32,000 bases of DNA from Cylindrospermopsis raciborskii Cr2010 (GCF_003367075.2 NZ_CP065936.1:900001-932000), one strand, 5' to 3'; positions 1-10,320 are shown, counted from the first letter of the stretch. Numbers and translations are program-made. The notes: a model not told the origin generated them from the sequence alone.

Positions 1-1829
1 CAGTTTGTTTAACCGAAATAACTGACTGGTTAGGGGGACAAATTTCCGCCCAGGGTACATCAGCGCTAGATGAAAGACCAACCCAACGGATCAAAAGATT
101 TTACTCTCGCGGATATTTAGAATTAAGAGACCGAATTGCAAAAAAATATGGGACAATTAACCCCGGTGACTGTTGGGTAAGCGACTCTTGTTTTCTCCCC
201 GGGGATGGTCATCGGATTCTTTACCAAATGTTGCAAGACGCACAAAACAAAGGAAGAGGAAAATTACACTTTTTTCCCAATACCGTGGTTAAAGATCTAG
301 AGATTTCTCAAAATGGTAAGATCATTAACAGTGCGATCGCAATTCAACATCAACCAGCGAAAAATGCACCACCTCTGAACACCTTCCCCCTATCTGAGAC
401 CATAGAGGATTCTTACAGTTATAAAAACTCATCCCGCTTGGATAAAACCATCATTCGTTTTGTTGCCAAAACATCACCAAAAACCAAACAATGGTATATT
501 ATAGATACTACTGAAACTGGGGAAATTATTGCTCTAGCAGATGTACCCTATCGTCTGGGAGTAGATCCCATTTCCTATCTGGAACCTTCATCTTCCAGTA
601 CCACAGGGGATCCCTATTGTACCCAAGGTTTTACCTATACCTTTGCCATGGAGGCCACAAAAGAGCCACAAAACCAAACCATGCCAGCATTTTATCCCCA
701 ATATGCTCCCTATTTTAGCTATGAACTACCCAGACTGGCCAACTTTGATTTAGTTTTCACCTATCGTCGTATTTGGAGTCCCCAAACAGGTCCATGGAGT
801 AGATTTGGGGGAATTAATTTTACCACTCCCACTCCTGGAGATATATCCATGCAGAACTGGACTTGGGGTAATGACTACCGTCCAGGAACAGCCCAGGATA
901 ATTTAATTTATACTCGCCAACAGTTACAATCCACAGGTCAATTGAATCCAGGTGGATGGATGGGAGGAATGAGAACGGAAACTCTCCGCAAAGGAGAAGA
1001 AAACGCCCTTGCCTATTATTACTGGCTAGTAGCGGGAAATACGGATAGTTTACTGGGTGAAAACATCAAACAACCCCAACCAAATCACATTTTATTAACT
1101 GGTTTGAACTCACCCATGGGAACTGAACATGGGTTATCAAAATATCCTTATATGAGGGAGGGAAGAAGAATTATTGGTCGTCCTAGTTGGGGACAACCCC
1201 AAGGGTTTAGTATTTGGGAAGTGGATATTTCTCGTCGCAATTATAATGATGAATATTACCGCAAAACCCTGTCACCAGCTATGTATCGTCAGTTGAAAGC
1301 AACCCTTGCAGGATTAGAAGCAACTTCTGTAATTACAGGTAAACTACCATCAGATAGGATAGTAAATCGTAGTCGCTCCACAATTTTTCCAGATGCAGTA
1401 GGTATCGGACATTATGCTATAGATTTTCATCCTTGTATGGATAAAAGTCCACCAGAAGCACCAAGTAATATAGAACGTCCTGGAGAAAGAAGGGGTGCTG
1501 GTTATGCTTATCCTTTTCAAATTGCACTGCGAGCAATGATCCCCCAAAAAATTGATAATTTAATAGTTGGGGGTAAAAGCATTGCTACTAGTCACATCGC
1601 TGCTGCTGCTTATCGAGTCCATTCTTTTGAATGGTCTTCCGGTGCTGCTGCTGGGACTGTAGCGAGTTTTGCACTGAGGAAAAATATATTTCCCTATGAG
1701 TTGGTTGATAATTTACCGAGATTCGAACCTAAGTTACAGATGCTCAGGAAAATTCTTGACCAGAACGGAAATCCAACTGCTTTTCCTGATACTTCCATTT
1801 TTAATCAAAGTTGGGAAGATTGGAGATAG
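1..1829 (+). CDS. FAD-dependent oxidoreductase, 5'-truncated by the window edge
   Basis: The frame is open from base 3 (VCLTEITDWLGGQISAQGTSALDE...) through the annotated start at 228 to the stop at 1827-1829. The C-terminal FAD-binding pattern is NLIVGGKSIATSHIAAAAYRVHSFEWSSGAAAG. Confidence 0.85.
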   Translation, partial: VCLTEITDWLGGQISAQGTSALDERPTQRIKRFYSRGYLELRDRIAKKYGTINPGDCWVSDSCFLPGDGHRILYQMLQDAQNKGRGKLHFFPNTVVKDLEISQNGKIINSAIAIQHQPAKNAPPLNTFPLSETIEDSYSYKNSSRLDKTIIRFVAKTSPKTKQWYIIDTTETGEIIALADVPYRLGVDPISYLEPSSSSTTGDPYCTQGFTYTFAMEATKEPQNQTMPAFYPQYAPYFSYELPRLANFDLVFTYRRIWSPQTGPWSRFGGINFTTPTPGDISMQNWTWGNDYRPGTAQDNLIYTRQQLQSTGQLNPGGWMGGMRTETLRKGEENALAYYYWLVAGNTDSLLGENIKQPQPNHILLTGLNSPMGTEHGLSKYPYMREGRRIIGRPSWGQPQGFSIWEVDISRRNYNDEYYRKTLSPAMYRQLKATLAGLEATSVITGKLPSDRIVNRSRSTIFPDAVGIGHYAIDFHPCMDKSPPEAPSNIERPGERRGAGYAYPFQIALRAMIPQKIDNLIVGGKSIATSHIAAAAYRVHSFEWSSGAAAGTVASFALRKNIFPYELVDNLPRFEPKLQMLRKILDQNGNPTAFPDTSIFNQSWEDWR

Positions 1830-1845
1830 GAGGGATTTTCCGGGT

Positions 1846-4311
1846 TTAATCACCATGAATTAATTGTTGAAATCTGGGGTCATGGTTGATGTCATCAAAG
1901 TCTATATCACCTGCAGCGTCTTCCCTATAACTAGGTTTGTTTTTTATAGCTTGTTGCAAATTGATCAAGGCTAATTCTACATTCTTTTGTAGTGCATAAC
2001 AAGCTGCTTTGTTATATAAGGCGCTACCGTAGTCTGGGTTGATTTCTAGGGCTTTATTAAAGTTAGTAATTGCTTCCTCGTCTTTTCCTAATCTGACTAA
2101 TGTATAACCTCTTTTATCCCAAATTTTAAAGGAACTGGGTTGGATTTCTAGTGCTTTATCAAAGGAAAATATGGCCTCTTCGTAATTTTCTAATTCCACC
2201 AGGGATAAACCACGATTCAACCAAGCAACACTCTCTTCCGGTTTGATTTCTGTGGCTTTATTAAAACAATTGAAAGCTTCTTGATGTTTACCTAGTTTAC
2301 CACAGGTAATACCAATGTCAAACCATGCTTGGTAGTGTGCTGGGTTAATTCTAATTACCTGATTGTATGCTCCAATTGCTTCTTTATGTCTTTTGAGTTT
2401 ATTGAGGATAAAACCACGTTTTAACCAATGTTCTCCCTGGTTGGGTTGAATATTGGTGATTTTTTCATAAATTGACAAAGCATCTTCATAACGGTTTTGT
2501 GAAAGCAGCTCTTCTGCTTCTTGAATCCGATGATCAAAATTATCAGGATTATCAACATTGATATTAATATCAGTAATATTATTAACATCAATAGTATTGG
2601 TGTCAGTCCCCGGTGGTGATAGCTGTTGTTCCTTTACGGGAGTTTGGGGAGTCATTTGTGATAATTCTTTTAAGGTTTCATACTGGCGATTTTCCGCATC
2701 TAGTTGCAATTTTTCTAGTTTATCAACAAATTGAGCCTCTAACTTTTCTAGTTTTGCTAGTCGTGCTATCAAGGTTGTTTTTTGATGATCAAGATCATTT
2801 TTCATGTGTGATTTCATAACTGATAGTTCAGAGGTAAACTCTGATATGAACTGGTCAACGGAATGTTGGGAGGTTTGAAAGAATTTGCGCTGACGTTGTT
2901 CAGTAGAGTTGTGTAAATCCCCAATTTGCTTCTGGAACTCTAAGCCCAAAGCTTTTAGATTTTCTAATATATTAGTTTTTTGTTCCTCTACATCATTGTG
3001 AAGGTTAAAAAGCATCTGTTCAACCTCATCAACAGATTTTTGCCAATTATCAATTATTTCTCCTTGGCGACTTTCAGTGGTGTTCTTTAGCTGTAGCAAG
3101 TAGTGAGAAAATTCGGACTGTGATTTTGCCAAATCGTTGCAAATATCGTCTTTTTGTTTTTGAGCATCAGTTTGTAAATCCGATAATTGTAATTTACTGG
3201 CTTGATTTATATCTGATAAACTAGATGTAAAGACATCCATCTTCTGCTGAGCATTGGTTTGTAACTGGGACAAATTACCAATAAAGCTATTTATTTGTTC
3301 TTGAGCATTGGTTTGTAACTGGGACAAATTACCAGTAAAGCTATTTATTTGTTCTTGAGCATTGGTTTGTAACTGGGACAAATTACCAGTAAAGCTATTT
3401 ATTTGTTCTTGAGCATTGGTTTGTAACTGGGACAAATTACCAGTAAATTCCGACGCATTTTTGGTGATAGCTTCCACAACCTGGGTTTTGTTTTCTAGAG
3501 TTTCCAGTGCCAAAATCTCAAACTGCTCAACTAACTGAGAACGACAATTACTAATATCACTAGCAGCAGTATCTCGATGATTTTCTATAGATAATTTTAT
3601 TTCCGAAAACTGGGCAAATAGCTCCGATTCTAGTTTTTTAATATTTTCAATAGTTACCCTTTGCTGTTGCGCAGCAAGAGTCACTTGCTCCAATTGAGTA
3701 TTCAGCTTAAATTCTAAGCTACTAATATTCTCCTGCGCAGCTGTTACTTCCCTTTCCAACGCAGTTAAAAATTCCTGCTTCGACTTGGGCAAATCAGATA
3801 AAAGTACGGATAATTTCCCTCCCTCACCCTCAATAGTCGTTTTCAGGTGATTCACCTTTTGTTCCAACTCTAAGGCTAAATCTTGTGAATACTCAATCAA
3901 ACCAGTTGTCTTTTGATTAGCAGCAATTAGCTCCGTCTGCAAGTTTTCTATACTCCCAATTTGTCTCATTGCTCGTCCAACAATATCCCTAATTATGGCC
4001 TTTCTTAAAACCCATAGAGTGGCTATTAAACCCACCGCAAACAAACTGAGCAATGTCAACCAAATACTCAAATACGACTGTAGTTGCTTCTGAATCTTAG
4101 TTTCTGTCCTAAGTCTACTTAGTTCTTCCCTTTCCGCACTTGACAGTACCTGAGCATTTGCAGACAATTCAAACCCTCCAATAGTCAAACTGTTATATAT
4201 CAATAAAGATGACAATAGAACTAGGCTTTTTAATGTTAGTCCGGAAAAAGTGGAGTTTTTGCTGTTCATGATTTCCCTATCTATAATTATTCCTCTCCAG
4301 TGGACGGCCAA
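1846..4311 (-). CDS. Membrane-anchored coiled-coil protein with C-terminal TPR repeats, unknown function
   Basis: N-terminal hydrophobic segments, a long Gln/Glu/Leu-rich coiled-coil region with 18-aa repeats, then several ~34-aa TPR units (e.g. AIGAYNQVIRINPAHYQAWFDIGITCGKLGKHQEAF). Confidence 0.85.
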   Translation of the reverse strand: MAVHWRGIIIDREIMNSKNSTFSGLTLKSLVLLSSLLIYNSLTIGGFELSANAQVLSSAEREELSRLRTETKIQKQLQSYLSIWLTLLSLFAVGLIATLWVLRKAIIRDIVGRAMRQIGSIENLQTELIAANQKTTGLIEYSQDLALELEQKVNHLKTTIEGEGGKLSVLLSDLPKSKQEFLTALEREVTAAQENISSLEFKLNTQLEQVTLAAQQQRVTIENIKKLESELFAQFSEIKLSIENHRDTAASDISNCRSQLVEQFEILALETLENKTQVVEAITKNASEFTGNLSQLQTNAQEQINSFTGNLSQLQTNAQEQINSFTGNLSQLQTNAQEQINSFIGNLSQLQTNAQQKMDVFTSSLSDINQASKLQLSDLQTDAQKQKDDICNDLAKSQSEFSHYLLQLKNTTESRQGEIIDNWQKSVDEVEQMLFNLHNDVEEQKTNILENLKALGLEFQKQIGDLHNSTEQRQRKFFQTSQHSVDQFISEFTSELSVMKSHMKNDLDHQKTTLIARLAKLEKLEAQFVDKLEKLQLDAENRQYETLKELSQMTPQTPVKEQQLSPPGTDTNTIDVNNITDININVDNPDNFDHRIQEAEELLSQNRYEDALSIYEKITNIQPNQGEHWLKRGFILNKLKRHKEAIGAYNQVIRINPAHYQAWFDIGITCGKLGKHQEAFNCFNKATEIKPEESVAWLNRGLSLVELENYEEAIFSFDKALEIQPSSFKIWDKRGYTLVRLGKDEEAITNFNKALEINPDYGSALYNKAACYALQKNVELALINLQQAIKNKPSYREDAAGDIDFDDINHDPRFQQLIHGD
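3249..3448. repeat. 54-bp tandem repeat, about 4 copies, coding for NLSQLQTNAQEQINSFTG
   Basis: The unit gagcattggtttgtaactgggacaaattacca recurs at 3249, 3303, 3357 and 3411, spaced exactly 54 bp. Confidence 0.95.
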
Positions 4312-4392
4312 AATCCTCAGCTCAACCTGTTTCCCAACATTGAATTACACTGGAGAGTTGAAGTGTTTTTTTCAACCGTAGGTTTTTGATTT

Positions 4393-4716
4393 ATGAAAAC
4401 AAGACCATCTCCCGTTTATGCAATGGCCTCAGCTCCCACTGTCACCCCTGACCAGGGAACTCAAGTAGTTCGCAAACCCTATCCCAATTATAAGGTCATT
4501 GTGTTAAATGATGATTTTAATACATTTGAGCATGTGGCTAAATCTTTAATGAAGTATATTCCGGGAATGACCACTGAACAAGCTTGGGAGCTAACTAACC
4601 AGGTACACTATGAGGGACAAGCTATTGTTTGGGTAGGACCTCAAGAACAAGCGGAATTATACCACCAACAGCTGCGTCGCGCTGGATTGACTATGGCCCC
4701 CCTGGAAGCAGCTTAG
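4393..4716 (+). CDS. clpS: ATP-dependent Clp protease adaptor ClpS (start possibly 4423)
   Basis: YKVIVLNDDFNTFEHVAKSLMKYIPGMTTEQAWELTNQVHYEGQAIVWVGPQEQAELYHQQLRRAGLTMAPLE is a typical ClpS core. Confidence 0.93.
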   Translation: MKTRPSPVYAMASAPTVTPDQGTQVVRKPYPNYKVIVLNDDFNTFEHVAKSLMKYIPGMTTEQAWELTNQVHYEGQAIVWVGPQEQAELYHQQLRRAGLTMAPLEAA

Positions 4717-4721
4717 CTAAT

Positions 4722-5018
4722 ATGAGTAAACTAACAGATGGTAGACTTGTTTGGAATCATTCTACCCATATTCCCGGACTTATTCCTATTTTAGAACGTT
4801 TATGTCAACAACATGGCATTACTACTGTAACGCCAGCAGTAATTGGCAGAGTTAAAGGACACGCTCCTAAAATGCAGTTGCGTGTCTCCGTACCAATTCG
4901 CGGTGGTTATAAGGTAATTGCACGCCAGGGTAAAACCGTACAGGAAGTGTTTGTGGTTACTAGTTTACCACAGGAAGAATTGGAAAATGCGATCGCGATC
5001 GCTATGAAAACTGCATGA
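4722..5018 (+). CDS. DUF2103 family small protein, probably cotranscribed with clpS
   Basis: The ORF track begins at 4629, but the start giving MSKLTDGRLVWNHSTHIPGLIPIL... is at 4722, 5 bp after the clpS stop. The sequence resembles the DUF2103 family. Confidence 0.75.
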   Translation: MSKLTDGRLVWNHSTHIPGLIPILERLCQQHGITTVTPAVIGRVKGHAPKMQLRVSVPIRGGYKVIARQGKTVQEVFVVTSLPQEELENAIAIAMKTA

Positions 5019-5033
5019 GCATTAAGCATCACG

Positions 5034-5059
5034 AGAGGAGTTCCCAGCACTCCTCTTTT
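5034..5059 (+). terminator. Rho-independent-like terminator of clpS-DUF2103
   Basis: AGAGGAGT-tcccagc-ACTCCTCT is a perfect 8-bp stem whose 3' arm runs into TTTT, 15 nt after the DUF2103 stop. Confidence 0.6.
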
Positions 5060-5076
5060 GATCCTTATGATAGCTT

Positions 5077-5403
5077 TCAATCAATTTCAACTTTATGGAC
5101 GGCGAACTTATATAGTGGTAGACTCAGGATGCAAGAGAAAGTTAAAAAATATGCCAAGGCCGTAGTAATTCTTAGAGTCATTGTTAAACCTTCCCATTCT
5201 GAGCTTATGAGAATTTTTTCACAGGTGAAGGCAATACAATAAACTAACCAGTAGGTAAAGCTCATTCTTAAGAGAACTGCTTCGGTTTCCTCAGTTTCAT
5301 CTGTTTGCTGTTGACTGTTCCTAAGCAACCATAACCCCATAATACAAGCTATAAAGGAAAGGGCAATGACAAATTGGTGGCAAAAGACATTTGCTAGACA
5401 CAT
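5077..5403 (-). CDS. Small putative membrane protein, unknown function
   Basis: 108-aa ORF with at least two or three hydrophobic stretches (FVIALSFIACIMGLWLL, MSFTYWLVYCIAFTCEKI, TTALAYFLTFSCILSLPLY). No family recognised. Confidence 0.5.
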   Translation of the reverse strand: MCLANVFCHQFVIALSFIACIMGLWLLRNSQQQTDETEETEAVLLRMSFTYWLVYCIAFTCEKILISSEWEGLTMTLRITTALAYFLTFSCILSLPLYKFAVHKVEID

Positions 5404-5505
5404 TTACCTTTGTTCCTATTTCAATCATATTCATACCCGCATTAGTCTAAGGTCATATTCCTGGGGATGACACAAAATAGTAACAAACTGAAATATTCTC
5501 CACTA

Positions 5506-5952
5506 TCATTCAAGCGGGTATTCCCGGTCCAAGATTTGCTCAGGTATATAAGGACACTTTTCCGGTAGGTCTAGGTAGTCTAGTGGAGTCTCCCTCACGA
5601 CTAAATCCTTGCCAGATTCATACCCATCAGCAATTAACTCCAATAAGTAAGGTTTAAGACTAGGGTTTTGACTGAGCAGTTTTTGTACCATGCGTCTTTG
5701 TTCGCGAATAGTTGCCCTCCAACTTTTACTGCGTTTTTCAGCTTGGTATTCCCACTTGAGCAAATGACCGATTAAAATGGCTAGGCGATTTTCTAACTCC
5801 CGACGTTCTTGCTTCCCCAATGACTCAATTTCCTCTACTAGGTTAGTAATATCCAATTGTCGAAAATCGCCTTGTTTAAGTAACCTGGACTGTTTTAGGG
5901 TCCACCCGTAAAAGTCGGTTTCATAGAGATTGAATCCCATCCTACCCTCCAC
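5506..5952 (-). CDS. DUF29 family protein
   Basis: LYETDFYGWTLKQSRLLKQGDFRQLDITNLVEEIESLGKQERRELENRLAILIGHLLKWEYQ matches the DUF29 signature. The start is probably the internal MGFNLYE. Confidence 0.88.
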   Translation of the reverse strand: MEGRMGFNLYETDFYGWTLKQSRLLKQGDFRQLDITNLVEEIESLGKQERRELENRLAILIGHLLKWEYQAEKRSKSWRATIREQRRMVQKLLSQNPSLKPYLLELIADGYESGKDLVVRETPLDYLDLPEKCPYIPEQILDREYPLE

Positions 5953-5994
5953 AGATCTTTAGGATCTAATTATCCATCCTATCCTATTGTTAAA

Positions 5995-6480
5995 TCAACA
6001 TTCTTGTTGACACAAGCCAATACTTACCCAAGAACTAGAACCATCTTGCCAATATTCTTTTTTCCAAATTGGTGCCTGATGTTTAAGGGTATCTATCGCG
6101 TACTGACAAGCAGAAAAGGCTTCACCTCGGTGGGGAGATCCTACCGCTACTAGGACGCTAATTTCTCCCACTCTCAATTTGCCAATGCGATGATGAATCA
6201 CTACCCTATTCACATTAGACCATTGATGACGAATATGGGTAGCAATTTGGTAAAACACCTGCAAAGCCATAGGTTCGTAGGCTTGATACTCTAATGCTAC
6301 TACGGGCTTACCATCGGTTTGATTACGAACAACACCACTCATCAATACAACCGCACCATTGCTCAGGTCTTGAGCAGCAGTATATATTTCTTCTGGTAAT
6401 AGGGGAGCTAGGGTAATGGCAAAACTGTCTTCCGCTCTGGGTTTAGTCGGTAAATTAACTAAGATTTTCGGGGGGTTCAT
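5995..6480 (-). CDS. moaE: Molybdopterin synthase catalytic subunit MoaE
   Basis: GAVVLMSGVVRNQTDGKPVVALEYQAYEPMA, VVIHHRIGKLRVGEISVLVAVGSPHRGEAFSACQYAIDTLKHQAPIWKKE. Confidence 0.93.
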   Translation of the reverse strand: MNPPKILVNLPTKPRAEDSFAITLAPLLPEEIYTAAQDLSNGAVVLMSGVVRNQTDGKPVVALEYQAYEPMALQVFYQIATHIRHQWSNVNRVVIHHRIGKLRVGEISVLVAVGSPHRGEAFSACQYAIDTLKHQAPIWKKEYWQDGSSSWVSIGLCQQEC

Positions 6481-6694
6481 GTTTTTTAAATGTCTTTTAA
6501 ACTGCTATACCTAGGGAATTCTAACCTCTTTTCTTCCGATCATTGAAAAAATTGTCCAAATATGGTAGGGTGCGTTACGATTTTATTGCGTTTCAGGATC
6601 TTGGCTGAGGTATTGTTATTAACTCCGATTTTTCTTCCTCAAGGGGGATTAATAATACACTTAAAAATACTACTAATTATATAAGTATTATACA

Positions 6695-6820
6695 AGTGTA
6701 AGTGGGTCGGTGAAATTAAATATAAGATTAACGTAGGTTGGGTTGAAGTATGAAACCCAACACCACGGGTCTCGTGACTCGACCCATCCTACAAATAATT
6801 GCGCCTCCCTACTTAGTTAG
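6695..6820. repeat. Dispersed intergenic repeat, copy 1 (longer form)
   Basis: agtgtaagtgggtcggtgaaattaaatataagattaacgtaggttgggttgaagtatgaaacccaacacc... is closely similar to 30361-30463. It contains the inverted repeat ttgggtt/aacccaa. Confidence 0.8.
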
Positions 6821-6854
6821 TAAAAAGATATGAACAGTTGGGAGTGGATTTTTT

Positions 6855-8798
6855 GTGATTGCTGGAGATGATAAAAATCGAATAATCATGAATGATGAAA
6901 TCATAAAAGTTTTGTTAATTAATGATGCTGAGGATGATTATATTTTAACTCGCAGCTGGTTTAGACAATTCCAGCTGATTACCTGCGACTTAGAATGGGT
7001 GAATAGTTATCAATTGGCGAAGGAATCCATAGCCCAATACCAACATGATATTTATCTAGTGGACTATTATTTAGAGAGTAATAATGGCTTAAAACTATTG
7101 CGGGAGGCTACAGAAAATGGTTGGAACTTTCCATTTATTCTGTTAGCACGTAAAGAGGATATAAAATCAGATATGGAGGTGATAAAAATTGGAGCGGTCG
7201 ATTATCTGGAAAAAAGTCAATTAACAGCCCCCTTGTTAGAAAAATCCATCCGTTATGCGATTGAAAAAAAACAAAGAGATGAGAAAATTCACCAACAAGA
7301 GATCTTGCTGGATGGGTCTAATGATGCGATTTTTGTAACTGATTTAGATCATCAGCACATTTTATTTTGGAATAAAGCAGCAGAACGTATATATGGTTGG
7401 TCTGCGGAAATAGCAATGACAAAACAAATTCATCACTTATTTTCAGCAGAAAAGTTACCTCAACTTTCCCGGGTGCTTAAAGTGCTAACCAGCTATGGCA
7501 ATTGGGAAGGGGAACTGACACAAATTAATAAGTCCGAGCAAGAAGTAATTGTTGCGAGTCGCTGGACATTAGTAATGACCTTCAACCGTAAACATCAATC
7601 TATTTTAGTGGTTAATACTGATATTACCCAAAAAAAGCAATTGGAGCAGAAATTCCTACGGGTTCAAAGACTAGAAAGTATCGGTACTTTGGCTAGTGGT
7701 GTGGTCCACGATCTAAATAATGTTCTCACCCCAATTTTGATGACAGCACAAATCTTAGAAACTCAAGTGAAAGATGAAAAACCTCGTCAACTGATTCCTA
7801 TATTAATTGCTAGTGCTAAACGCGGCGCAAATTTGGTTAAACAAGTGTTATCCTTTGCCAGAGGTATGGAAGGGGAGCGGACTATTTTACAAATAAAACA
7901 CTTACTCATAGAAGTTCAGAATATTATTAAAGAAACATTCCCTAAAACTATTATTTTAACCACTGAAATTCCTCAAAGTCTATGGACTGTCTGTGGTGAT
8001 GCTACTCAATTACATCAGGTTTTAATGAATTTATGTATCAATGCCCGGGATGCTATGCCCAATGGTGGTACTTTAAGTATTAAGTCTGAAAATATATTGA
8101 TTGATGAACATTATACCCAAACACATACTGATTTTAAACCAGGTGCTTATGTGTTGATTAGTATCAGAGATACGGGCATGGGTATTAAACCAACCCTCAT
8201 TGATCGGATATTTGAACCTTTCTTCACCACTAAGGATGTTGGTCAGGGTACGGGTTTAGGACTTTCTACGGTTTTGGGGATTGTTAAAGCTCATGGTGGT
8301 TTTATTAATGTTTACAGTCGAGAAAACAAGGGTAGTGAGTTTCAAGTTTATTTACCAGCTCAAGATACAAGTGAAATTATGGAGACCACAGAAATATCCC
8401 CTCCTCGTGGTCACGGAGAAACCATTTTGGTGGTTGATGATGAACCAGCTATTTGTGAAATAACAAAAGCATCACTAGAGAATTATAACTATCGGGTAAT
8501 GACCGCCCATGACGGTATTGAAGCGATCGCCTTATATGTGGAACATCGAGATCAGATATCTCTGATTCTAACTGATATAGTTATGCCATCCATGGATGGA
8601 TTGACCAGTATTCGAACTCTCAAGAAAATTAATCCCCATTTAAAAATTATTGCTTTTAGTGGGTTAGCACCTAGTGATAAAATTAATGCAGCTTATAGTA
8701 TAGGCGTAACAGCATTTTTATGTAAACCTTTTACTGCTACTCAGTTATTGCAAACCATTAGTGCGGTAAATGGAGTAAATAATTTTGCCATCAATTAA
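6855..8798 (+). CDS. Hybrid sensor histidine kinase: REC-PAS-HisKA-HATPase-REC (start possibly 6888)
   Basis: N-terminal REC-like [14 protein letters not shown]; [34 protein letters not shown]; H-box [15 protein letters not shown]; N-box [11 protein letters not shown]; G-box [13 protein letters not shown]; C-terminal [16 protein letters not shown]...[13 protein letters not shown]. Confidence 0.93.
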   Translation: MIAGDDKNRIIMNDEIIKVLLINDAEDDYILTRSWFRQFQLITCDLEWVNSYQLAKESIAQYQHDIYLVDYYLESNNGLKLLREATENGWNFPFILLARKEDIKSDMEVIKIGAVDYLEKSQLTAPLLEKSIRYAIEKKQRDEKIHQQEILLDGSNDAIFVTDLDHQHILFWNKAAERIYGWSAEIAMTKQIHHLFSAEKLPQLSRVLKVLTSYGNWEGELTQINKSEQEVIVASRWTLVMTFNRKHQSILVVNTDITQKKQLEQKFLRVQRLESIGTLASGVVHDLNNVLTPILMTAQILETQVKDEKPRQLIPILIASAKRGANLVKQVLSFARGMEGERTILQIKHLLIEVQNIIKETFPKTIILTTEIPQSLWTVCGDATQLHQVLMNLCINARDAMPNGGTLSIKSENILIDEHYTQTHTDFKPGAYVLISIRDTGMGIKPTLIDRIFEPFFTTKDVGQGTGLGLSTVLGIVKAHGGFINVYSRENKGSEFQVYLPAQDTSEIMETTEISPPRGHGETILVVDDEPAICEITKASLENYNYRVMTAHDGIEAIALYVEHRDQISLILTDIVMPSMDGLTSIRTLKKINPHLKIIAFSGLAPSDKINAAYSIGVTAFLCKPFTATQLLQTISAVNGVNNFAIN

Positions 8799-9340
8799 TT
8801 GCTGATTAACTCCACTGCGTCTCTACCATCAAAATCTTGCAGGTAAACCTTAACAATTTCTTCCTTGGTAGTTGGTAATTTTTTACCGATAAAATCAGGA
8901 TGAATAGGTAATTCTCGGTGACCTCGGTCTACTAGAACTGCTAAACGAATTAGTTCCGGTCTACCATATTCATTAACAGCATTCAGAGCTGCGCGAATGG
9001 TTCTACCTTTAAAAATCACATCATCCACCAAAATCACAGTTTTACCCGTCAAATCAAAAGGTATGTGAGTTTTAGCTGGGGTTCTTGGTCCAATTTTGTC
9101 TAGGTCGTCACGATAGAATGTGATATCCAATGCTCCCACGGAGACGCTGATACCTTCTAAATTTTCGACTTGACGTGCCAATAACTTAGCTAGACATACT
9201 CCTCTGGTGTAGATACCTAAAAAAACTAACTGTGATAAATCCCGAGTCTTTTCTACAATTTGAGAAGCCAGACGAATTGAAGTACGACGTAATTCTTCCG
9301 ATGAGAGAATTTCAACTACCTTAGTAGACATGATAGTCAA
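8795..9340 (-). CDS. pyrR: Bifunctional pyr operon regulator / uracil phosphoribosyltransferase PyrR (start possibly 9331)
   Basis: [84 protein letters not shown] contains the PRPP-binding motif [13 protein letters not shown]. Confidence 0.95.
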   Translation of the reverse strand: MTIMSTKVVEILSSEELRRTSIRLASQIVEKTRDLSQLVFLGIYTRGVCLAKLLARQVENLEGISVSVGALDITFYRDDLDKIGPRTPAKTHIPFDLTGKTVILVDDVIFKGRTIRAALNAVNEYGRPELIRLAVLVDRGHRELPIHPDFIGKKLPTTKEEIVKVYLQDFDGRDAVELISN

Positions 9341-10307
9341 TATAATAAGTTGTGATAATTTTATATGCTAAAATTGTCAACCCTAACCAAAGTAAAAAGG
9401 AATATCGAGTTAATTGTAAAGCTCGATAAATGGAAGTAGAAGTAATGGGATAAATAGGATCCCCTAAAAGTGGCTTATACTTAGCTACTCCTTTATACCA
9501 GTTTAATCCTCCCATCTGGACGCCCAAAATGGCAGCATAGGCGCACTCACTCCAACCAGAATTGGGGCTAGGGTCTTGAATGGCATCCCGCCTACAAAGA
9601 CGCCAAACACTTAGGGGTTTAAGTGACAAAATAGCCAACGTAATGACTGTTAAACGACAGGGAACCCAGGTCAAACAATCCTCTAGCTTAGCACTAAACC
9701 AACCGATATAGGTATAGGGAGGTTCTCGATAACCAACCATAGAATCTAAAGTGCTACTGGCTTTATAACCTAGGGCCAAAGGAATAGGACCAACAGCGGG
9801 AATCAATATACCGATGATAGCATAAAATAGAGGGGCCATAACCCCATCAGTGGCATTTTCCGTCACAGTTTCTAAAACTGCTCGCAGGATTTCTGATTCC
9901 GAGAGATCTGCTGTATCTCTACCCACGTATTGACTGAGAATCTCTCGAGCTTGTGATAATTTGCCATCATTTAAAGGTTTGATAACATCCAAAGCAGCTT
10001 TGGTTAAACTGTGAAGGGCAAAACAACTGGCCAGCAAAATACTGGCAACAGTAATACCTAACCAGGGGTGTAACCAGTGAGCAATATGAACAATCAGCCA
10101 CCCAGATACAGCAGCAGCACCAATTGTAGTCAAGGCCAAACCAATACCAGCTAGACGCTGTGATAGGGGCCCATAGAAGTGTTGCCAGGAAAATTGAGTC
10201 CAACCAGAAATAAACCAACCCATTACCCTAACAGGGTGAGGCCAACCCCAGGGATCACCAATGATGTAATCTAAGAAAGCAGCCATTATTAATATGATGT
10301 AGCTCAT
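9321..10307 (-). CDS. cobD: Adenosylcobinamide-phosphate synthase (CbiB/CobD); ORF track extends to 10376 but the start at 10307 avoids overlap with the Rrf2 gene
   Basis: [37 protein letters not shown]-like [73 protein letters not shown]. Confidence 0.93.
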   Translation of the reverse strand: MSYIILIMAAFLDYIIGDPWGWPHPVRVMGWFISGWTQFSWQHFYGPLSQRLAGIGLALTTIGAAAVSGWLIVHIAHWLHPWLGITVASILLASCFALHSLTKAALDVIKPLNDGKLSQAREILSQYVGRDTADLSESEILRAVLETVTENATDGVMAPLFYAIIGILIPAVGPIPLALGYKASSTLDSMVGYREPPYTYIGWFSAKLEDCLTWVPCRLTVITLAILSLKPLSVWRLCRRDAIQDPSPNSGWSECAYAAILGVQMGGLNWYKGVAKYKPLLGDPIYPITSTSIYRALQLTRYSFLLWLGLTILAYKIITTYYIDYHVY

Positions 10308-10320
10308 ATCCAAATTCCAA

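Noticed and set aside
3249-3448. CRISPR array
   Set aside because: The 54-bp units are contiguous with no unique spacers and are in frame within a coding sequence. This is a protein tandem repeat.
5015-5242. Plus-strand ORF 75 aa following DUF2103
   Set aside because: It contains the terminator hairpin and overlaps the minus-strand membrane ORF 5077-5403. It has no recognisable domain.
6540-6600. Second repeat family around ggtagggtgcgttacg
   Set aside because: It resembles sequences often seen between cyanobacterial genes, but I found only one copy here, so I cannot support it from this window.
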